The position numbers were made by a program, and so were the translations under genes. From Candidatus Latescibacterota bacterium (GTDB lineage Bacteria; Latescibacterota; CBDEFO01): a DNA stretch of 64,000 nt. Positions 54,191 through 64,000 of the stretch are shown piece after piece; the stretch's first letter is position 1; each line of letters starts with the position of its first letter. The stretch lies in NCBI GenBank assembly GCA_965237525.1, contig CBDEFO010000007.1:1-64000 (forward strand), given 5' to 3'. Below the pieces are notes generated by a model that worked only from the letters and a program-made list of their open reading frames with translations, was not told where the DNA came from and searched no databases.

Positions 54191-55672
54191 CTAATGTCTA
54201 CTGTCTGATGACGAATCTGTGTTGCGCCTTTCTGTCATATTTCCTATGCTCTTTTTTATTGCCTTTCCTCCTTTTATAACTGTTCTGGAGGCTTTGACCA
54301 CGGGTCTGAACCAGAAATGGGCAAACTCCGTAATGCCATCTGCGGGAGTAAAGCCGTCTATGTGTCTCAGGACCCTCATGACGTGTCCTACGGTCTTAAC
54401 CTGTGGCTCGTCTATCCTTCGGAGCAGGATCACGGACAGGGACCGGGTGATAGCTGAGAGTATAAAGAGGAAATGCAGCCCGTAGAGGGTGTAGAAGAAG
54501 AGGGAGATTTTGTATTCGATCAGGACCACGGCCAAGGCTCCGCCTATTATAGGTGATAAAGAGCCGGAGATATTCTGGACGAGCTTGTGACTTGAGATGT
54601 ACATCGCCTTGTTTTCGTCGGGAGAGAGCTTCAGGACAAGGTTGAACGTGGTAAGCTGCTGTCCTGAGTTGAAACAGCGGACTAGGTGTACAAGGAAGAG
54701 GAGTATATAGCTTCCGGGTGAAACGAAGACCCAGAGTACGGGAAATATCGCTTTTACCGTGGCGCAGAAGGTGAGTATCGGCTTGTTGCCGAATTTATCT
54801 GCGAGGCGCCCCCAAAATCCTACTGCGTATAGACTTGCAATCTCTCCTACGGCTGTCAGGACAGCTATCCAGAGGTAAGGGACTTCGAGATATTTGATCA
54901 TATAGACCATAAAGAAGGGACCGGCAAATCCGACGCTCAAGTTCCAGGACATGTCGTACACCAGGAGTCTTCTGAAGGCACTGTTCCGGAAGGGGAGTCT
55001 GAAGGTCTGGAGGAAACTTAATTTCTCACGGCTCTTTACCAGTTTTGGCTCAGGGACAGCCCGTAAGGTTAAAATAGAGGCGAGGCTAAATGCGACGCCC
55101 GCTGCAAAGATGATCTGAAATCCCAGGATCTCACCTGCCGGCCCCGCTGTTCTCCAGTAGTCGATGAACAATCCGGCCAAGATTCCGATGATAATGTCCG
55201 AGGCTCCTAACGCCCTTATCCTGCTCGAAAAATATCTGCCCCTTATGCTTTCAGGAATCAGATCTGAAAGCCATGACACCCTGGAGACAAAGCCTATGGG
55301 GCCTACAAGGCCCGGAAATGCTATAATAATTATAAAGAGCCATATTCTAAGGTTGGGATAAGAACTCGCTACAACCCAGGGGAGGGCAACTATGAAGATC
55401 CTTGGGAGTCTGGAGAGGGTAAAGGAAAGGAGGCAGACTTTTTTTCTGCTTTCTATTCGTTCTATTATGTGATTGCTGAAAATCTGTGTGGAACTGAAGA
55501 GCAAAGGGAGCGAGGACAGGAGTCCTATGTGAAACTCCGATGCTCCTAATGCAAGCGCAAAACCGACTGTAAAGATACTATTGCTTCCCGCTATTGCCGC
55601 CATCGCACCCACCAGCGCGGCCTCGATAAGCAGCAGCTTCATTCCACGTTTTCGTTCCTGCTCTGTAATCAA
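54191..55672 (-). CDS. MFS transporter
   Basis: Multiple hydrophobic segments; WGRLADKFGNK motif. Confidence 0.85.
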   Translation of the reverse strand: MITEQERKRGMKLLLIEAALVGAMAAIAGSNSIFTVGFALALGASEFHIGLLSSLPLLFSSTQIFSNHIIERIESRKKVCLLSFTLSRLPRIFIVALPWVVASSYPNLRIWLFIIIIAFPGLVGPIGFVSRVSWLSDLIPESIRGRYFSSRIRALGASDIIIGILAGLFIDYWRTAGPAGEILGFQIIFAAGVAFSLASILTLRAVPEPKLVKSREKLSFLQTFRLPFRNSAFRRLLVYDMSWNLSVGFAGPFFMVYMIKYLEVPYLWIAVLTAVGEIASLYAVGFWGRLADKFGNKPILTFCATVKAIFPVLWVFVSPGSYILLFLVHLVRCFNSGQQLTTFNLVLKLSPDENKAMYISSHKLVQNISGSLSPIIGGALAVVLIEYKISLFFYTLYGLHFLFILSAITRSLSVILLRRIDEPQVKTVGHVMRVLRHIDGFTPADGITEFAHFWFRPVVKASRTVIKGGKAIKKSIGNMTERRNTDSSSDSRH

Positions 55673-55722
55673 TCCTCAGCCTATCTTCATGAATGTGTAA
55701 CAGTTACCACTGGGTCAGGTTC

Positions 55723-56298
55723 TCAGCCAGAACGCGGTACTGTCCCTCGTGAGCTTGGGGCTGGAGGTGGACTTTCTTCATGTAGTTGAGGGGCCCCGGC
55801 TATGTGTTCAAAGTCCCTGGACAACGCTTCGAGCAAGTGCGCTCCCGGCATGTAGAGCACCCGATTGATCTGGGCAGCGGAAAGATAAGATCTCTTTCCC
55901 TCCACCATATAGAAGTCCAAAATTGACCTTTTCTCCACGTTCTCCCGGAATATGCCTGTCATAAAGAGCGTATAGTCCCTTATGTGTCTCCTTATCTCCC
56001 ACTCCCTGGAGGGATTGAAACTTTCATCTGTGACATCGGAGGACTGAGATGCCTCTATAAGCATTTCCACGACCAGTTCCAGTCTTGTGTCCTCCGAGTG
56101 CTTGATCCGATAGAGCGCGTCGGTGCGGGCAAACCTCGTCAGCATGTCGCAGATATATTCCATTATCTCGGTGTTCCAAATTCTCAACTCCGAGAAGCTC
56201 ATCTGTATGAACCTGGAGAAGAAGCGCCTCAAAGACGGTTGGGGGATGTCATCAGGAGAGCCTGATCCTCCCACGTTGAAAGGATTCTCGACTTTCAT
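55723..56298 (-). CDS. Conserved hypothetical protein (C-terminus possibly frameshifted)
   Basis: AAAGGAG RBS; plausible helical protein (HIRDYTLFMTGIF). Confidence 0.55.
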   Translation of the reverse strand: MKVENPFNVGGSGSPDDIPQPSLRRFFSRFIQMSFSELRIWNTEIMEYICDMLTRFARTDALYRIKHSEDTRLELVVEMLIEASQSSDVTDESFNPSREWEIRRHIRDYTLFMTGIFRENVEKRSILDFYMVEGKRSYLSAAQINRVLYMPGAHLLEALSRDFEHIAGAPQLHEESPPPAPSSRGTVPRSG

Positions 56299-56595
56299 CT
56301 TTCATCCGCTCCTTTCAGCCAAATAATATCATCCTTACTGGGGGGTACTATAAAATGTAATTCCAAAAGGCCCCATCGTCAAGTGTTTTCCTGTCATCTT
56401 CGGGTTGCCTGGCCATAACCGTTGTCATTTGGGCATAGCCCGCAAATTCCGTCGGATCAAGCTGTTGCTTGCCAATTCCTTATGTCGTTGCCAGAAGTGT
56501 CCCTTCGGAGTCTGCTATTTGGGCAAAGTCTTTGAGATCCTCTGAGGTATCCTCTCCTCTGGATTCAAATATTATAGTGATAATATCTTATGTAA

Positions 56596-56653
56596 TATCA
56601 AATGTTTATGATTCAGTATCCTCTTACTTTGGAGGCAACGGCATGTGTTTTGC
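56596..56653 (+). promoter_or_regulatory. IHF site plus sigma54 -24/-12 promoter upstream of groES
   Basis: TATCAAATGTTTA matches WATCAANNNNTTR; CGGCATGTGTTTTGC is GG-N10-GC. Confidence 0.6.
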
Positions 56654-56752
56654 GCTGTGATAATCGTAGCACGTAAGCGAGCCATCAAAGATATAAAGAG
56701 GAATTCCGCCATTGTGGCCATGTCTCAAACAATTTAACAATGGAGGTTAAGT

Positions 56753-57040
56753 ATGAAGGTGAGGCCCCTATCAGACAGAATTTTAGTCAAGCGGATCGAG
56801 GAAGGGGAGGTTCAAAAGGGGGGGATAATCATCCCTGATACTGCCAAAGAGACGCCTCAAGAGGGCGAGGTGATCGCTACTGGTCCCGGAAGGACAGGAG
56901 ACGATGGGAAGCGCATCCCCATGGAACTTAAAGTGGGGAACAGGGTTCTCGTGGGCAAGTATTCCGGCACAGAAGTCAACGTAGACGGTGAGGAGCATTT
57001 AATGATGCGCGAGGACGATGTCCTTGCTGTAATAGAATAG
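56753..57040 (+). CDS. groES: Co-chaperonin GroES
   Basis: [17 protein letters not shown] and REDDVLA motifs. Confidence 0.98.
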   Translation: MKVRPLSDRILVKRIEEGEVQKGGIIIPDTAKETPQEGEVIATGPGRTGDDGKRIPMELKVGNRVLVGKYSGTEVNVDGEEHLMMREDDVLAVIE

Positions 57041-57057
57041 GGGAAGGAGGAAAATAA

Positions 57058-58689
<1,632 letters not shown>

Positions 58690-58913
58690 GTAAGTAGACA
58701 GTAGCCCCCGATTGAGTTTCTCGGGGGTGGGCAGTAGACAGGGCAAAACCAAGTAGACAGCAAACAGCAAACAGTAGACAGGGAAGGCACTGCCACGTCC
58801 CACCCCATCCAAGTGCTTGTCCCCCTTACCAAGGGGGACCACAGGGGGTCCCAGTAGACGGGGCACAGCCTCTCATCCCTGTATGCTGTCTTAATAGAAT
58901 CAGGGTAGAAGGG

Positions 58914-58950
58914 AAGCCCGGTGTTATCCAAAGCGCCGGGCTTTTTGTTT
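58914..58950 (+). terminator. Rho-independent terminator
   Basis: AAGCCCGGTG...CGCCGGGCTT stem followed by a T-run. Confidence 0.65.
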
Positions 58951-58965
58951 GCCCGCAACTGGACA

Positions 58966-59196
58966 GGACAGACAAGAATGTCCGTCCTACCAACATATTA
59001 ACTCTTGTGGGTCACACATTCCTGTCTGACACCGTTGAGGTCGATAGAATCAGAGATTGCTTCCCCCGGATAGATTCAATCGCAGGCGCTCGCAATGACG
59101 GTGTAGGGGGCTCGCATGAAAGCTATCGGCTTGAAATATGACATTGTCCACGCTGGGGTCATTGCGAGGGGGATGAAATCCCCCGAAGCAATCTCG
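58966..59196. repeat. Adjacent GTAG-type and GTCATT-type REP doublets
   Basis: GGACAGACAAGAATGTCCGTCCTAC, GTGGGTCACACATTCCTGTCTGAC, GAGATTGC...CTCGCAATGAC and GTCATTGCGAG...GCAATCTC. Confidence 0.7.
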
Positions 59197-59249
59197 CTCT
59201 ATTTTGTACGAGAAATACAACCTTCCCGAATCACAAGTTAAAACTCTTG

Positions 59250-59278
59250 TTGACATTTACACTAAAGTTTTATATATT
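59250..59278 (+). promoter_or_regulatory. Sigma70 promoter
   Basis: TTGACA-N17-TATATT. Confidence 0.6.
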
Positions 59279-59402
59279 CACTGCAAATTTGTGCCTTTAG
59301 CGAGTCCCGACTTCTTATGAGCTATGGACAGGAGGATCACAAAAATACTTATTAAGATGTGACCCCTGTCACAAGCAAGATAAAGTTGATTTGGTATATT
59401 AA

Positions 59403-60921
59403 AAGCCTTGTGAAAAACCCTTAGATTCAGAAAGTAGTATAGAACAAGCATTGATAAAGCAGTTCCGATGTATTATATTATGTTATTGATAATATTATAC
59501 ATGGAGGAAACAATGACCCCACAAAAGCAGGAACAGACAAATCCGATGTTTCACTATTTTCAGATGGAGGATTTAGTTCCCGAGGATCATATCCTTCGTC
59601 AGATTGATGAGGCAGTTGATTTTTCATTTGTACGAGACGTTGTATCAGATTGTTATTGCCCTGACAATGGCAGACCCGGTATTGATCCTGAATTAGTTGT
59701 TCGAATGATCCTTATTGGCTATCTGTATAATTTGAGTGAGAATCGGCTCTGTCAGGAAGTGGGGATGCATGCGGCATATCGGTTGTTTTGTCATCAGACA
59801 TTTGATGATGCGGTTCCGGATAGGAGCACGATCAACAAGCTTCGCAATCACAAGTGGGCATCCAGTGGGTTGTTTGAACGGATAATGCGTCAGGTAGTCC
59901 AGTGTTGCATAGATGTCGGTGTTGTGAGCGGTAAACACCTTAGTGTCGACGGCACTCAGATACAAGCTGATGCTTCAGTGAAAAGTATTGAGCCGATAGA
60001 ACCCCCTTTTTCTCTTGATGATTATCTCAAGGGAATCGGTTTTGAAGGTGATAAGACAAAGGGTAGGTCCGGGCATCCTCAGGATAAAGACTTTCATGGT
60101 GAAAAGTGGACGAACCAAACACACCGTTCGACTACAGACCCCGACGCGCGCTTATACAGCAAATCGAAGGGCAAAGGGGCTTTTCTCTCGTTTATGGGCC
60201 ATGATCTGATCGACACAAAAAGCAGAGTAATCCTTGAGACTCAGGGCACGCAGGCGACAGGGACAGCAGAGCCCGAAAGTGCCCTTAAGATGGTAGATGA
60301 CCTTGAAACATAGACCATGCCCAAAGACATTCAGACACTTAGTGCCGATACCGGTTACGGTTCTGGTAATTTTATCGCTGATGTACTTGACCGGGGAATC
60401 ATACCCCATATTCCTCTGCGAGCCGATGAGAAGATTGAACCGATTCCTACATGGAAAAACAAGACAAATTCAGCACATATTCAGGCCGAACGGGATAGAA
60501 AAGTGCGAGAGGCGAAAGCCAGAAATCATGCACGGTCTATCTCATTAACAGCTGACTACAAACTCTCCCGGAGACTCCGTAAACGCAGTGAACATATCTT
60601 TGCTGAAGCCAGGCAACAACACGGTATGGGACGAGCCCGTTATAGAGGACCAGCCTCACTGAATGAACAGTTGAATCTTGTTGCAACAGTACAGAATCTC
60701 AAGAGGCTTGCATCTTTCATAAGAAGGGGGAAAGCGTCTATGTGTGCCCTGTCTGTCAAAGACAGTGCATCCTGTTCTTCAAACAGCTCCTGTTCCTTGC
60801 TGACCAGAACTCTGATAAGACTATTTTACTTATTCCACAGCAAAACGATACGATATGCTACTCTTTGACCCATAATCGGCGCTTCAGACGCTGCCTGGGA
60901 CATAACTATTTCACAAGGCTT
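59403..60921 (+). mobile_element. IS1182/IS5-like copy 6, TSD TTAA, transposase with in-frame TAG
   Basis: TIRs and TSD; stop at 60311-60313. Confidence 0.95.
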
Positions 60922-60943
60922 TTAAGTTGTGCTAATTTCCTAA

Positions 60944-62589
60944 CCCGAATAATTAACGAGAAAAGGCAGGGCATTAATTAAGGGATTGAATTGTATTATA
61001 GTTAGGTAGTATAATTACAAAAACAATCCCGAAAATTAAAGAGGCACTGCCATGAATGAAGATATACAAGTTTCGCTTAAGTTGAAAGACGTTTCTGGCA
61101 AGAAAGTGACTGTAGATTTCACCGGTGGAGATGTGACATCCGATGCTGGAGTCCTTGCTTTGAAAGAAGTTGCAAAGAAAATTGGGATCATAGAACACCT
61201 TGCAGAGGCTATAGGTGATGATCGTCATCAAAGCTATGTACAGCATCATATCGGGGAACTCCTGAATCAACGTATTTTTCAGATTATATGTGGTTATGAA
61301 GATACTAACGATTCAGATTATCTGAGGGCCGATCCTGGGTTCAAGGTCTCCTGCGACAGGCTCCCCTCTGAGGCCCATTTGGCAAGTCAGCCCACTATGA
61401 GTCGTTTTGAAAACTCCATCTGCTCCAAAGACCTCTACAAAATAGAAGAGGTATTCGTAGATCGGTTCATAGATTCATATGAAAAACCACCAAAGGGTAT
61501 CATTCTGGATATTGATGATACTGATGATATTACCCACGGCGCCCAACAGTTGCAATTGTTCAATGCTTACCACAATGACTACTGCTTTATGCCCCTTTTT
61601 ATCTTTGAGGGGAAAAGCGGTAAACTTATAACGAGCATCTTACGTCCTGGCAGACGACCTTGTGGCAGAGAAATTCGTGCGATAATCAAAAGATCATCAA
61701 AAGAATAAGAGCCGCCTGGCCCAAAGTGGGCATCATCATTCGTGGTGATTGTCACTTTGCTTCTTGTGAACTCTACCTGTGGTGCGAAAGCCATAATGTC
61801 CATTATCTCGTGGGTCTTTCAAAGAACGCCGTACTTAAAGTATACCCTGAATCTGCTCTGAAGACAGCACATCAGAGATATTCTGATTCTGGCAAGAAGG
61901 TACGTGTTTTCAAAGAAGTAGGCTATCAGGCTAGGAGCTGGCACAAACCAAGAAGAGTGATAATAATGGCCGAAGTCTCTGATATGGGCGAGAATCTCCG
62001 CTTTGTGGTCACCAGTCTGGAAAGCTCCCAACCATCGTTCCTCTATGAAACGGCCTACTGTGGCCGAGGACAGATGGAGAACTTTATCAAGGAGCACAAA
62101 GTCGCTCTCAAAAGTGGCCGTACATCGTGCCACAGCTTCCTGGCAAACAGTCTTCGCCTTATGCTTCACAGCGCCGCCTATGTTATTCTGCATAGGTTCA
62201 CAGAGAAAGCTCTTGCTGGCACCTCCTTTGCCAATGCTCAATTCGATACCATAAGGCTGCGATTACTCAAGATCGGGGCGGAAGTTCGGGAGCTAAAGAC
62301 TAAAGTGCATTTCATATTGCCCTCTTCCTACCCATTGAAAGATGTCTTTGCAACGATGTGCAATAAAATAGCTTTCATAACATAGAGTAAGACTTATCTG
62401 ATTTAATTACATAGAGATACTCTTTCACGCAAGGAATAAGCATGTCCTTTTCGGCACTATACGCCAAATCTGATCAGTATTCCAAAGATGCTTTGCCACT
62501 TGCTGTCGCCTTGCACCGCTCAAATATCCAGTTACCCTTTATTCTGAGGTCAAATTCATTTTTTAAACGAAGTTTATGAATTAATCGGG
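60944..62589 (+). mobile_element. IS1380-family element (1646 bp), TSD CTAA, transposase 61052-62385 with one frameshift
   Basis: TIRs CCCGAATAATT and AATTAATCGGG; GGDVTSDAG, GYED, LDIDDT, IRGD and RGQMENFIKE motifs; shift near 61690. Confidence 0.9.
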
Positions 62590-62611
62590 CTAAAGACCGT
62601 AAGGAGGCAAA

Positions 62612-63698
62612 ATGGGAGACGAACTGCTGGAAAGTAAACTCGGAGAATGCAGGAAGAAACTGGACAATCTAAGGAGTTATCTTTGACTTAGGTTCTAAGG
62701 AGGAGGAAATATCCCGGTTAGAATCCAAAATGTCAGAGCCGAACTTCTGGAACGACAGAGAGGCAGCTCGAAAGACGATAGACCGCTTCAACGTCCTTAA
62801 GAAGCCCGTTTTGAAGTGGCGGACCTTAAACTCTGAGTACGAAGATCTGGAGGTGCTCTATCAGCTTGATGTTGAAAAGCACGAAGTGGAGGCGGAACTC
62901 GGTAAATTAGAAGATGGCATAGAGGAGTTAGAGCTCCAAAGGATGCTGGGCGGTCAGGACGACCCAAGGGACGCCATACTTACGATCCATCCTGGCGCGG
63001 GAGGGACCGAATCTTCCGACTGGGCCAATATGCTGATGAGGATGTACCTCAAATGGATTGAGAATCACGGCTTTAAAAGCAGCATTTTAGATATTCAGCC
63101 CGGGGACGAGGCAGGCATCAGAAACGCCACTATCGAAGTTAAAGGGGAACACGCCTACGGCTATCTCAAGGCCGAAGCGGGCGTGCATCGGCTCGTAAGG
63201 ATTTCTCCCTTCGACGCCAACAGCAGGAGACATACATCTTTTGCCTCCGTCTTTGTCTATCCCGAAGCCGACAGCGAAATCGAGGTAGACATAAACGACA
63301 AAGATCTTAAGATAGAGACCTTTCGCTCAAGCGGAGCAGGGGGCCAGCACGTCAACAAGACTGACTCTGCAATTAGGATAACTCATCTTCCGACTGGCAT
63401 TACAGTTCAGTGTCAGGCGGAAAGGTCTCAGCACAGGAACAAAAGCACGGCGATGAAGGTACTTATGTCGAGGCTCTATCAGCACTATAAGGAGGAGGAA
63501 AAAAAGAAGATGGAGAAGATAGAAAGCCAAAAAAAGAGCATAGAGTGGGGAAGTCAGATAAGATCTTACGTTTTCCATCCCTACAATATGGTCAAGGATC
63601 ACCGAACAGGGGTCGAGACGAGCAATACTCAATCTGTCATGGACGGAGAAATAGACGAGTTTATAAGGGAATATCTTATTCAGTACCCAAATGAGTAA
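62612..63698 (+). CDS. prfB: Peptide chain release factor 2 (programmed +1 frameshift)
   Basis: AGGAG-TTAT-CTT-TGA-C at 62672-62687 after 24 codons; SPF and GGQ motifs. Confidence 0.97.
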
Positions 63699-63878
63699 AC
63701 TGGTACTCCATACCTTTCACAATATAGATTTTCTAAACGAATCCTTGACTTTGTGTCAAGGTTTTCTTATATTTTATGGGCTTTAAGAGTCCCTAGTACT
63801 TGCACCATTCTGATCCGTCCGCATGGGGGTATCGAAGAACTTTTGGGCGCAAAACGAAGATTTTGACAGGAGACTGGA

Positions 63879-64000
63879 TTGAACGAAGAGAGGCACCTGA
63901 TAAAACAGAGGCTCGAAAAGTTATTGAAGATTAAGGAGAAAGGAGTAAATCCTTATCCGTACAGATTTGAAGTAACACACTTATCCTCTGAAGTTATTAG
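63879..64000 (+). CDS. lysS: Lysine--tRNA ligase N-terminus (runs off the window)
   Basis: TTG start after AGGAG; RLEKLLKIKEKGVNPYPYRF; conserved prfB-lysS gene order. Confidence 0.85.
   Translation, partial: MNEERHLIKQRLEKLLKIKEKGVNPYPYRFEVTHLSSEVI

Noticed and set aside
59284..59345. Small RNA or leader downstream of the sigma70 promoter
   Set aside because: Only weak pairing and no recognisable family.
61680..61710. Programmed frameshift in the IS1380 transposase
   Set aside because: There is only an A4 run and IS1380 transposases are normally single ORFs; a one-base deletion or sequencing error is more likely.

Overview
Bacterial chromosomal window, probably from an uncultured FCB-type lineage. 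The only taxonomic hint is a decayed FlgD-Ig/secretion-sorting-type C-terminal domain near 22 kb, so this is inference. The left ~29 kb is a GC-richer catabolic region (GH-like, sialidase-like, MetE-like, PIG-L, aldolases, lactonase, oxidoreductases, PhyH, ICL/PEP mutase, SDR) in which many genes are frameshifted. The right part holds a decaying sigma54/two-component/motB cluster, uxaA- and nadX-like genes, an MNT-HEPN module, nth, an MFS gene, groES-groEL, prfB (with its programmed +1 frameshift) and the start of lysS. Mobile DNA is dense: six 1519-bp IS1182/IS5-like copies with YTAR duplications, two copies of a 1306-bp rve-type IS (one carrying two nested IS), two IS1380 elements plus an IS1380-ended MITE, IS3 remnants and several REP-like families. 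The most unusual signals are (i) at least 13 copies of a ~21-bp palindrome (CCCCGATTGAATCTATCGGGG) found inside genes, other repeats and itself, (ii) two or three related transposase-less non-coding elements resembling IS110 non-coding (bridge-RNA) ends, and (iii) an IS whose terminal dinucleotides differ between near-identical copies. No rRNA, tRNA or CRISPR array was recognised. All family calls come from motif recognition; no database search was run.
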